From the NCBI GenBank assembly GCA_900617105.1, contig UYFQ01000754.1:1-53640 (forward strand): a DNA stretch of 53,640 bases, in the 5' to 3' direction. The stretch comes from Hydrurus foetidus (lineage: Eukaryota). Shown here one piece after another: positions 36,209 through 47,400 of the stretch. A program made the position numbers and the translations under genes. The notes below the pieces were generated by a model. It was not told the origin of the DNA and made no database searches. It saw nothing but the letters and a program-made list of their open reading frames with translations. Within the stretch, counting starts at the first letter, position 1, and each line of letters starts with the position of its first letter.

Positions 36209-38578
36209 TTAACGAAGCAAAGCAGCGTTGTTAGTGACTCCTCTGGCGATTTCTTTAAGAGCGTCTCTAATGCCTCCCCAGTATTCAAGGAATGCATCAT
36301 CCCCATCGAGGCATGTTCCAGGATCACAGCAGGCTAACAGCTTTTGGACTTGGCTGCTCTCCTGAAGATCGATGATTGCTGTCCCCTCTAATCCCATTCC
36401 TGCTAGAGATGCACCGATTCCCATGTTCGATTCACTGAGACGAGATAACCTATCACACCTCCAGTTGTCCTCCCCCGAGATGTGCACACCCTTTTTAACA
36501 TCCAAACCGAAACTAATGACCAGCAGAGTAAAGACGATTGACGCGTTTGTGACCAGTTCCCCCCTCGGCCTCTCTGTCTCTGCCCATGTCAATGCTGCAA
36601 CACTGTCCCCCCTGACCTCAACATCGACGTCTCTTATTCCTAGGAGTGCAAGACCAATCAGCCCCAGTGTACATCCGATGTACTCCGCGGTGTTCTGGAA
36701 TGAGGAGTCGAAGCCGAATCCGAAACCTCTAAGGTCGACTGCGCTGCCCCCTATCGCAAACTCAGAGCCGTCGGCCAACCTTTTGTACCAAAGGATACCT
36801 GCCCCTGAGAGCGACGCGTCGAACTCAATGATATATTGTAACTGCTCCGGGAGAAAAGACCCCATGCGCCGTGAATACTGCTGTTCGTCAAATGACACCA
36901 GATACAGCATTGCTCTCCAGCCTCTAATTGCTCTACGCGCTTCCTCAGGCAGCAGAAACTTGGCGTGTGGATTTTTCCGTCCAGCTGTTGCCCTGTGCAA
37001 AGCCCCGCAGAATGGGCGCATTGCTCGACAAATTTTGGAGTAGCGGCTACCCCAAGACGCCAGCTTTTGAGCCGTCGCGAGAGTAGTTTTCTTGTCCAGT
37101 TCCGTCGTAAAGAATCCATATACGGCATTCATGAAGTTTTTTCGCGAAATAGACAAAAGCCGCAAGTTCAAATCAAGAACGTAGCCAAGGATATCGAGTC
37201 GAGTTCCACTCTCAGTCTTGTCTTCTGCAATAGCATTGGGTCCCAGCAGGTCGACGCAGACCATCTTTGCACATTGAATTTCCGTACTGAGGTCGTTAGC
37301 CATGCAGACCCCCACGATATCGTCGACATACATCTTGCACCTTCCTTTCAAAAGATGATTCAGCTCCCATTGGATACCACGTGATACAACTTGAAAAGCC
37401 GCGGGAGTGCACGTCCAGCCGAATATACCGCAAAGATGAATGAAGATTCTCTCCCTTGATATCTCCATGCCAAAGTATTTGGCACATTCTGGACGTAGTG
37501 AGAGGAGCTGATATGCGCCTCTTAGATCCGTTTTCCAAATACGCAGATCTTCCCATCTGATTGACGGATCTCGCTGGTATTCAGAGCCATAGAACTCTAG
37601 TATCATTACCACTACGTCTTCAATAGTTGGCAGCTCGATCTTGCCCCACCAGCCCTCAGCGATATCCTTGGATTCGTCGCAGTTGAGCGGTGTCCCGTCG
37701 CAAAAGGACATGTCACCAATGCTTCGTCCTGACGCTTTGCCCTTTTTCGGCGTCCATGATGCTTTCCCGAGATGGAGTCCATCAATCAATTCAATTGCAT
37801 CCCTCTTAGGAAGGCAAAACGCGAGTCCTTGGCCGTGTAAATCTGCCAGCATCTTGTCCACTGCTTGATGAACCTCCACATACGCGGGCCGTAATGGGGT
37901 GAGGAGACCTTTAGCGTTGGGCACGAACCCAGCAGGTAGAGGAACTCTCATTCCTTCCGCTATATCGAGCAGTCGTTCACGCTCTGGATTGTCCTCGCGC
38001 AGCCGCGATACTCGTGACTGTGAAAGTCTGTTGCCTCCTAGCTTCGTTAGCCGTCTTTTTACCATTCTATTGAAATCAAGCTGCGAAGCTCTGAGGAGTC
38101 GCAGATCACTATCGACCAGATGCTGTGGGAACTCGTACCCATTAGCCCATTTGACCGCTTCTTGTACACCATAGTTTCCATCGGTGCTGGCAACTGCCTC
38201 TACAATCAACTTAATCAAACTCTCTTCGCACAAGTTGTCTTCCGGTGAAAACATACTCCTCGCGGTCTTCATCACACTTTCAATCAGTTCAGGACAAATG
38301 CTTTCTCGAGCTAAGACCAGATCCTCCTCACTCATGACTGTAGTTGCTTTCTTACCCTTGATCAATTCATCGTCTTTCGACCCGCGACCAATTCTTGTAG
38401 CCCGTGTCCTCTGCATTTCTTCGACGTTATGCTCCCCTCCTCCTCGTGGCGCTAATGGGTCCATTAACCCTCTGTCCTCCCCAATGTCTCCCTCATCAAT
38501 CTTTGGTCTGATTACATCTATCCACTGCTGGACCTCCCCTGACCCGCGACTGTGTTTCCCAGCCCGCGTCCTCTGCAT
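36209..38578 (-). CDS. DIRS-type reverse transcriptase / RNase H
   Basis: KTDLRGAYQLL, FGWTCTPAAFQ, YVDD, ILGY; RNase H EFDASLSG, NTAEYIG, RGDSVAAL, HISGEDNWRCDRLSR. Confidence 0.95.
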   Translation of the reverse strand: MQRTRAGKHSRGSGEVQQWIDVIRPKIDEGDIGEDRGLMDPLAPRGGGEHNVEEMQRTRATRIGRGSKDDELIKGKKATTVMSEEDLVLARESICPELIESVMKTARSMFSPEDNLCEESLIKLIVEAVASTDGNYGVQEAVKWANGYEFPQHLVDSDLRLLRASQLDFNRMVKRRLTKLGGNRLSQSRVSRLREDNPERERLLDIAEGMRVPLPAGFVPNAKGLLTPLRPAYVEVHQAVDKMLADLHGQGLAFCLPKRDAIELIDGLHLGKASWTPKKGKASGRSIGDMSFCDGTPLNCDESKDIAEGWWGKIELPTIEDVVVMILEFYGSEYQRDPSIRWEDLRIWKTDLRGAYQLLSLRPECAKYFGMEISRERIFIHLCGIFGWTCTPAAFQVVSRGIQWELNHLLKGRCKMYVDDIVGVCMANDLSTEIQCAKMVCVDLLGPNAIAEDKTESGTRLDILGYVLDLNLRLLSISRKNFMNAVYGFFTTELDKKTTLATAQKLASWGSRYSKICRAMRPFCGALHRATAGRKNPHAKFLLPEEARRAIRGWRAMLYLVSFDEQQYSRRMGSFLPEQLQYIIEFDASLSGAGILWYKRLADGSEFAIGGSAVDLRGFGFGFDSSFQNTAEYIGCTLGLIGLALLGIRDVDVEVRGDSVAALTWAETERPRGELVTNASIVFTLLVISFGLDVKKGVHISGEDNWRCDRLSRLSESNMGIGASLAGMGLEGTAIIDLQESSQVQKLLACCDPGTCLDGDDAFLEYWGGIRDALKEIARGVTNNAALLR

Positions 38579-38730
38579 CTCATCGACTAGATGATCTCCT
38601 CCTCCACATGGCGCTAATGAGTTCGTGAACCCTCTGTCCTCCCCAGTATCTTCCTCATCGGAGTCCAGAGCGGTTGCTCCCTCCTCTTTCCTCTCCGGTG
38701 GTAGTGCCCTCGGGCGCCTACCCCCCTCTC

Positions 38731-40389
38731 CTACGACTTAAAGTTCTTGCACGCGGCGACCAGCGGCGTCAGACAGTCTTTGAGCCACTCAGGCATTGTC
38801 GTCACCAGTTGAGCAGCAGAAGCTTTAGTCATGTCGCTGAGTTTTCCGTGCAGATATCTGCATTCGCTCCCTTTGGCACACTTCAAAGGTGTCCCATTTT
38901 TCTTCACGGCCTTCAACAGCTGGCCAAGGTGCGACCCACATTGATCGACGTTAAGTCTTTCTCCTCCTTGCTCCCTGGAGCTGACAGCAGCCTTCGCTTT
39001 CGGTACGACTCGTTCCTTTCTCAGCCTCATCAGCACTGTGTACCTCTTTTCTAACACGGTCGCCTTTGCGACATCCACTAACTCACATACCATCTCCTCC
39101 AGCATGGCTTTGAGTAACTCGGCACATCCAGCGGGGTTCGTTATGTCACTGTTCGGCGTCTCTAGCGCCTTGTCTTCCTTGCTAACTATTCTGAAGAACT
39201 TGATAAATACCCTTTCCACAGTGTGGATAAGGAAGCCCGAATCCGTCAACCTGAGAGGTCTCACATGTCCTCTGAGAGTCTCGATCAGGTCGTCGCATAC
39301 GCCCGCGAATTTATGAGAGACAAGGACCTCGAGCGCGACAGCTAGCGCCTCAATTGCACCGACCAGCGGTGCGTTCTGCAAAATGCAGGGGAATGCCGTG
39401 GTCGTCAGCCGCAAGCCTGCGCTGAAGGAGTCGAGTGTGAGGTCACCTTCACCGAACTCACCGCGCAGAAATAGTTCAAGCATTTTTGGACTCTTGGCTA
39501 TTCCTGTGCCACTCATCAGGTACACCTTCCCAGCCCTCTGAAACGCTGACTCTGACGGCTGCTGCAATACTTCTGCTTCCTCAAGGATGATCTTCCAATA
39601 TACGTCTGACTGCAGCTTGTAGCCTGATCCAGCGATGTGTTTCCATAAATTCCTGTCAGCTGCCCTCCACATGAACTCCAGATTGTCACAACGGACTTGT
39701 AAGTTGCTTTTATCCCTCGTCGGTAGCCTCACCCCATCCCTAGTAACTATAAAATAATTGCCCCCTTTCTCACCTTCTGAGCGCTCTCCCCCAGCCTCCT
39801 GCGCTCTGCTGGCCGATTTTTTCTCCATAGGCGCTTCCGATGTGTCCTTCCCGTTGTCTGCGGCTGATACCTTGCGTTCTGCTGCGAGTTCCGCAAAATC
39901 ACCTGAAGCAAGCAAGAAGTGAGTGGGAGGTTCCACCGTAAATCTTCTTCCTGATAACGCTGACCCATCATCGTCGTGGCTCAGACACCCCAGACCTCGG
40001 AGATACACCACAGTACCGGGTGTACCCAAGAACTCAAAGAAGAACACATTCGATGCTGCCATAAAGTCCATATCTCTTGCTTCATCTGCATCAAGTTCCT
40101 CAATGGCCACCAAGCCGTAGTCGGATGACTTCACTTCTGAAGCCTTCACCTTCCTAACATTATAGTCGGCCATTCTTCGTCCAGCTTCGGTACTGAAAGA
40201 CACGATTGTCGTACTACTGTCCGCAATCCAGGCTTGAAGGCTATCCGGCGCTTTCTCGTAACCTATCATCTGCTGCGCGTTTGATCTGACCCTTTTCCTA
40301 GCGACTGATGGACCATGCGAATCCGAGGCGATGCCACTGTCCGCTGGTGGGACACTTCCTTCCATTGTCAGAAACTCTCTATAAATCAC
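38731..40389 (-). CDS. ORF1 (gag-like) of the YR retrotransposon
   Basis: 552-aa ORF (first ATG about 40365) upstream of RT; C-terminal C...CAKGSECRYLH zinc-finger-like motif. Confidence 0.75.
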   Translation of the reverse strand: MIYREFLTMEGSVPPADSGIASDSHGPSVARKRVRSNAQQMIGYEKAPDSLQAWIADSSTTIVSFSTEAGRRMADYNVRKVKASEVKSSDYGLVAIEELDADEARDMDFMAASNVFFFEFLGTPGTVVYLRGLGCLSHDDDGSALSGRRFTVEPPTHFLLASGDFAELAAERKVSAADNGKDTSEAPMEKKSASRAQEAGGERSEGEKGGNYFIVTRDGVRLPTRDKSNLQVRCDNLEFMWRAADRNLWKHIAGSGYKLQSDVYWKIILEEAEVLQQPSESAFQRAGKVYLMSGTGIAKSPKMLELFLRGEFGEGDLTLDSFSAGLRLTTTAFPCILQNAPLVGAIEALAVALEVLVSHKFAGVCDDLIETLRGHVRPLRLTDSGFLIHTVERVFIKFFRIVSKEDKALETPNSDITNPAGCAELLKAMLEEMVCELVDVAKATVLEKRYTVLMRLRKERVVPKAKAAVSSREQGGERLNVDQCGSHLGQLLKAVKKNGTPLKCAKGSECRYLHGKLSDMTKASAAQLVTTMPEWLKDCLTPLVAACKNFKS

Positions 40390-40604
40390 GCGGCGCTCCT
40401 CTCAACTCAGAATACTCTCAGTTCGCAATTACAAATTCCTCAAATAAATGTGCGGTAACAGTTGTCCTACAAAATTTTCCGCTCTAGGATGAGTTGCCTG
40501 TATCCCTCTCCCAGCTCATTGTAGCATGATACAAGATCACTATGTGAGGACGGCGAAGGGAATGCCAGATACTATGTTATCCCAGAATAACATAGTATAC
40601 CAAG

Positions 40605-41032
40605 GGACAGCGGCGTGTACCCTTGGGGTAGTGGCCGGGACCCCGTTGGTTGCTTGATCTTTACAGACTCTGTCTGTTAAAGATACCCTGATTTGACTGA
40701 TGCGTGCTTCGATCTTGATGATTGTAAAAGACTGTGTTGCCGTCATCGCATGGATGGCAACACAAGTTTAATTATCAAGTGATTAAACAGAGGTCTTATT
40801 TCACGAGTCTTGGGTCCTAACTCGACTTACGCGGAGTCACTGAATCCCCCCCGGATTCACCGAAATCCCAACACACTGCACAACCAGACCCCCGACCCGG
40901 GACCTCTGTAACACTGAAACCGTCCCTGATTTTGGTACGGCTGACGGCGGGTATCCCAGGGCCCCAGGGGGGTATCTCTATCCGGTACTGTACTGCAGCC
41001 AGTCCAGTACCCGCCCATTGGAGGAAGGCTGG
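40605..41032 (+). repeat. 428-bp direct repeat, copy 2 (partial copia LTR + flank)
   Basis: Starts mid-LTR at ggacagcggcg and ends ggaggaaggctgg; carries the 5'-LTR allele (T at 40654). Confidence 0.95.
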
Positions 41033-41417
41033 AAAGTAGAAAGTGAAAAGTGCGAACACAACAGCTCTTGAGTCTGCCTGAATCTTGAGCTATTTCATCA
41101 CTCAACACCGGTCTCTTCTCTCCACTCTCGACTCTCGACTCTCGAGGCTTTCAACAGCCTTATCAAGCAACATAGCGACAAAAAAACTGCACTTTGTCAA
41201 CCCTTCGAAATATTGTAAAGTCAGTCAAAGTGAGGTTGCGCGTCAGAAATCAGATGGAGGTGTCATTCTACACCAAATATTGAATCAGCACTAATTCTAG
41301 TGAGTGGTGCATACCTCAAAGTTCTTCGTGAATTGTCGCAGAAATGATGATTTACGACCACATTGACTACTGTCGCAGTTTGAGGCCTCGATCTTAACTA
41401 TGCTTGTGATGTAAAGC

Positions 41418-44400
41418 ATGAAGATGGTGCTTGGATTATGGGTAACAATTGCGCTACTCATCAGATCGATTTTGAGCTTCATGCCTGTCGAGAATTTCAG
41501 GCACATTGGAGAGACGCAGCGAAATCTAGCATATGGGACGGTACCTGCAAGTACCACCCACAGCTTATACATCACAAATACGCAAATTTCAGAATTAGAT
41601 AGTCCGCACACCAGTCCAACAAAGCATTTCCCCGTTAAAATAGATCATGCTGGACGTTCCAAATTAGGCCAAATAGATACAGGAGGTTACAATAAAGTCT
41701 CCAAAATACCAAAGTTGGTGGAAAGAGATCTCCTGACGGCGCATTCTTCACTTGACGACAAAGATACTATCGGACCTGCGCCATCAGCAGCAGAAGCGAC
41801 AAATCATGAAACTAGCAACGCTGTGAGCATCGAAACCAAAGACGAGGACGAACGTGAAGATGATGAGGAAAAAAAAGACGATGACAAAGAATGCATCGCA
41901 GGTGATGTAACGCAGCTCCCTATTTAATTCTATGCTACAGTAACTCTCTGCATTAATATAGTAAGAAAACCGACCTAACATAAATAAATTATAAAACAGA
42001 TGATAAAGAGAAGACCGATAAAGGAAAGTCTGACGACGAAAATACTGATAAAGAAGAAGCCCCTAAAGAAAAATTAAAGAAATGCAGGAAAAAACCAACA
42101 CCATTGCCCACATGCATCCTAATAAATCAACCAACGATATGGAAATCTGATGCACTGACGTCACGGCCAACAACACCGCCAAGTGCAGAGCCAAGCAAAG
42201 TGCCTACCTCAACACCGACTGATGCGCCGACGTCACGGCCAACAACACCGCCAAGTGCAGAGCCAAGCAAAGTGCCTACCTCAACACCGACTGATGCGCC
42301 GACGTCACGGCCAACAACACCGCCAAGTGCAGAGCCAAGCAAAGTGCCTACCTCAACACCGACTGATGCGCCGACGTCACGGCCAACAACACCGCCAAGT
42401 GCAGAGCCAAGCAAAGTGCCTACCTCAACACCGACTGATGCGCCGACGTCACGGCCAACAACACCGCCAAGTGCAGAGCCAAGCAAAGTGCCTACCTCAA
42501 CACCGACTGATGCGCCGACGTCACGGCCAACAACACCGCCAAGTGCAGAGCCAAGCAAAGTGCCTACCTCAACACCGACTGATGCGCCGACGTCACGGCC
42601 AACAACACCGCCAAGTGCAGAGCCAAGCAAAGTGCCTACCTCAACACCGACTGATGCGCCGACGTCACGGCCAACAACACCGCCAAGTGCAGAGCCAAGC
42701 AAAGTGCCTACCTCAACACCGACTGATGTGCCGACGTCACGGCCAACAACACCGCCAAGTGCAGAGCCAAGCAAAGTGCCTACCTCAACACCGACTGATG
42801 CGCCGACGTCACGGCCAACAACACCGCCAAGTGCAGAGCCAAGCAAAGTGCCTACCTCAACACCGACTGATGCGCCGACGTCACGGCCAACAACACCGCC
42901 AAGTGCAGAGCCAAGCAAAGTGCCTACCTCAACACCGACTGATGCGCCGACGTCACGGCCAACAACACCGCCAAGTGCAGAGCCAAGCAAAGTGCCTACC
43001 TCAACACCGACTGATGCGCCGACGTCACGGCCAACAACACCGCCAAGTGCAGAGCCAAGCAAAGTGCCTACCTCAACACCGACTGATGCGCCGACGTCAC
43101 GGCCAACAACACCGCCAAGTGCAGAGCCAAGCAAAGTGCCTACCTCAACACCGACTGATGCGCCGACGTCACGGCCAACAACACCGCCAAGTGCAGAGCC
43201 AAGCAAAGTGCCTACCTCAACACCGACTGATGCGCCGACGTCACGGCCAACAACACCGCCAAGTGCAGAGCCAAGCAAAGTGCCTACCTCAACACCGACT
43301 GATGCGCCGACGTCACGGCCAACAACACCGCCAAGTGCAGAGCCAAGCAAAGTGCCTACCTCAACACCGACTGATGCGCCGACGTCACGGCCAACAACAC
43401 CGCCAAGTGCAGAGCCAAGCAAAGTGCCTACCTCAACACCGACTGATGCGCCGACGTCACGGCCAACAACACCGCCAAGTGCAGAGCCAAGCAAAGTGCC
43501 TACCTCAACACCGACTGATGCGCCGACGTCACGGCCAACAACACCGCCAAGTGCAGAGCCAAGCAAAGTGCCTACCTCAACACCGACTGATGCGCCGACG
43601 TCACGGCCAACAACACCGCCAAGTGCAGAGCCAAGCAAAGTGCCTACCTCAACACCGACTGATGCGCCGACGTCACGGCCAACAACACCGCCAAGTGCAG
43701 AGCCAAGCAAAGTGCCTACCTCAACACCGACTGATGCGCCGACGTCACGGCCAACAACACCGCCAAGTGCAGAGCCAAGCAAAGTGCCTACCTCAACACC
43801 GACTGATGCGCCGACGTCACGGCCAACAACACCGCCAAGTGCAGAGCCAAGCAAAGTGCCTACCTCAACACCGACTGATGCGCCGACGTCACGGCCAACA
43901 ACACCGCCAAGTGCAGAGCCAAGCAAAGTGCCTACCTCAACACCGACTGATGCGCCGACGTCACGGCCAACAACACCGCCAAGTGCAGAGCCAAGCAAAG
44001 TGCCTACCTCAACACCGACTGATGCGCCGACGTCACGGCCAACAACACCGCCAAGTGCAGAGCCAAGCAAAGTGCCTACCTCAACACCGACTGATGCGCC
44101 GACGTCACGGCCAACAACACCGCCAAGTGCAGAGCCAAGCAAAGTGCCTACCTCAACACCGACTGATGCGCCGACGTCACGGCCAACAACACCGCCAAGT
44201 GCAGAGCCAAGCAAAGTGCCTACCTCAACACCGACTGATGCGCCGACGTCACGGCCAACAACACCGCCAAGTGCAGAGCCAAGCAAAGTGCCTACCTCAA
44301 CACCGACTGATGCGCCGACGTCACGGCCAACAACACCGCCAAGTGCAGAGCCAAGCAAAGTGCCTACCTCAACACCGACTGATGCGCCGACGTCACGGCC

Positions 44401-47400
44401 AACAACACCGCCAAGTGCAGAGCCAAGCAAAGTGCCTACCTCAACACCGACTGATGCGCCGACGTCACGGCCAACAACACCGCCAAGTGCAGAGCCAAGC
44501 AAAGTGCCTACCTCAACACCGACTGATGCGCCGACGTCACGGCCAACAACACCGCCAAGTGCAGAGCCAAGCAAAGTGCCTACCTCAACACCGACTGATG
44601 CGCCGACGTCACGGCCAACAACACCGCCAAGTGCAGAGCCAAGCAAAGTGCCTACCTCAACACCGACTGATGCGCCGACGTCACGGCCAACAACACCGCC
44701 AAGTGCAGAGCCAAGCAAAGTGCCTACCTCAACACCGACTGATGCGCCGACGTCACGGCCAACAACACCGCCAAGTGCAGAGCCAAGCAAAGTGCCTACC
44801 TCAACACCGACTGATGCGCCGACGTCACGGCCAACAACACCGCCAAGTGCAGAGCCAAGCAAAGTGCCTACCTCAACACCGACTGATGCGCCGACGTCAC
44901 GGCCAACAACACCGCCAAGTGCAGAGCCAAGCAAAGTGCCTACCTCAACACCGACTGATGCGCCGACGTCACGGCCAACAACACCGCCAAGTGCAGAGCC
45001 AAGCAAAGTGCCTACCTCAACACCGACTGATGCGCCGACGTCACGGCCAACAACACCGCCAAGTGCAGAGCCAAGCAAAGTGCCTACCTCAACACCGACT
45101 GATGCGCCGACGTCACGGCCAACAACACCGCCAAGTGCAGAGCCAAGCAAAGTGCCTACCTCAACACCGACTGATGCGCCGACGTCACGGCCAACAACAC
45201 CGCCAAGTGCAGAGCCAAGCAAAGTGCCTACCTCAACACCGACTGATGCGCCGACGTCACGGCCAACAACACCGCCAAGTGCAGAGCCAAGCAAAGTGCC
45301 TACCTCAACACCGACTGATGCGCCGACGTCACGGCCAACAACACCGCCAAGTGCAGAGCCAAGCAAAGTGCCTACCTCAACACCGACTGATGCGCCGACG
45401 TCACGGCCAACAACACCGCCAAGTGCAGAGCCAAGCAAAGTGCCTACCTCAACACCGACTGATGCGCCGACGTCACGGCCAACAACACCGCCAAGTGCAG
45501 AGCCAAGCAAAGTGCCTACCTCAACACCGACTGATGCGCCGACGTCACGGCCAACAACACCGCCAAGTGCAGAGCCAAGCAAAGTGCCTACCTCAACACC
45601 GACTGATGCGCCGACGTCACGGCCAACAACACCGCCAAGTGCAGAGCCAAGCAAAGTGCCTACCTCAACACCGACTGATGCGCCGACGTCACGGCCAACA
45701 ACACCGCCAAGTGCAGAGCCAAGCAAAGTGCCTACCTCAACACCGACTGATGCGCCGACGTCACGGCCAACAACACCGCCAAGTGCAGAGCCAAGCAAAG
45801 TGCCTACCTCAACACCGACTGATGCGCCGACGTCACGGCCAACAACACCGCCAAGTGCAGAGCCAAGCAAAGTGCCTACCTCAACACCGACTGATGCGCC
45901 GACGTCACGGCCAACAACACCGCCAAGTGCAGAGCCAAGCAAAGTGCCTACCTCAACACCGACTGATGCGCCGACGTCACGGCCAACAACACCGCCAAGT
46001 GCAGAGCCAAGCAAAGTGCCTACCTCAACACCGACTGATGCGCCGACGTCACGGCCAACAACACCGCCAAGTGCAGAGCCAAGCAAAGTGCCTACCTCAA
46101 CACCGACTGATGCGCCGACGTCACGGCCAACAACACCGCCAAGTGCAGAGCCAAGCAAAGTGCCTACCTCAACACCGACTGATGCGCCGACGTCACGGCC
46201 AACAACACCGCCAAGTGCAGAGCCAAGCAAAGTGCCTACCTCAACACCGACTGATGCGCCGACGTCACGGCCAACAACACCGCCAAGTGCAGAGCCAAGC
46301 AAAGTGCCTACCTCAACACCGACTGATGCGCCGACGTCACGGCCAACAACACCGCCAAGTGCAGAGCCAAGCAAAGTGCCTACCTCAACACCGACTGATG
46401 CGCCGACGTCACGGCCAACAACACCGCCAAGTGCAGAGCCAAGCAAAGTGCCTACCTCAACACCGACTGATGCGCCGACGTCACGGCCAACAACACCGCC
46501 AAGTGCAGAGCCAAGCAAAGTGCCTACCTCAACACCGACTGATGCGCCGACGTCACGGCCAACAACACCGCCAAGTGCAGAGCCAAGCAAAGTGCCTACC
46601 TCAACACCGACTGATGCGCCGACGTCACGGCCAACAACACCGCCAAGTGCAGAGCCAAGCAAAGTGCCTACCTCAACACCGACTGATGCGCCGACGTCAC
46701 GGCCAACAACACCGCCAAGTGCAGAGCCAAGCAAAGTGCCTACCTCAACACCGACTGATGCGCCGACGTCACGGCCAACAACACCGCCAAGTGCAGAGCC
46801 AAGCAAAGTGCCTACCTCAACACCGACTGATGCGCCGACGTCACGGCCAACAACACCGCCAAGTGCAGAGCCAAGCAAAGTGCCTACCTCAACACCGACT
46901 GATGCGCCGACGTCACGGCCAACAACACCGCCAAGTGCAGAGCCAAGCAAAGTGCCTACCTCAACACCGACTGATGCGCCGACGTCACGGCCAACAACAC
47001 CGCCAAGTGCAGAGCCAAGCAAAGTGCCTACCTCAACACCGACTGATGCGCCGACGTCACGGCCAACAACACCGCCAAGTGCAGAGCCAAGCAAAGTGCC
47101 TACCTCAACACCGACTGATGCGCCGACGTCACGGCCAACAACACCGCCAAGTGCAGAGCCAAGCAAAGTGCCTACCTCAACACCGACTGATGCGCCGACG
47201 TCACGGCCAACAACACCGCCAAGTGCAGAGCCAAGCAAAGTGCCTACCTCAACACCGACTGATGCGCCGACGTCACGGCCAACAACACCGCCAAGTGCAG
47301 AGCCAAGCAAAGTGCCTACCTCAACACCGACTGATGCGCCGACGTCACGGCCAACAACACCGCCAAGTGCAGAGCCAAGCAAAGTGCCTACCTCAACACC

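Larger units (their letters stand above)
34194..40604 (-). mobile_element. Tyrosine-recombinase retrotransposon (DIRS order, Ngaro-like split direct repeats), apparently lacking its 5' A repeat
   Basis: Three intact minus-strand ORFs (gag-like, RT/RNase H, YR); 207-bp direct repeats 34194-34400 and 34698-34904 around a 297-bp spacer; no DDE integrase, protease or methyltransferase recognised. Confidence 0.9.
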
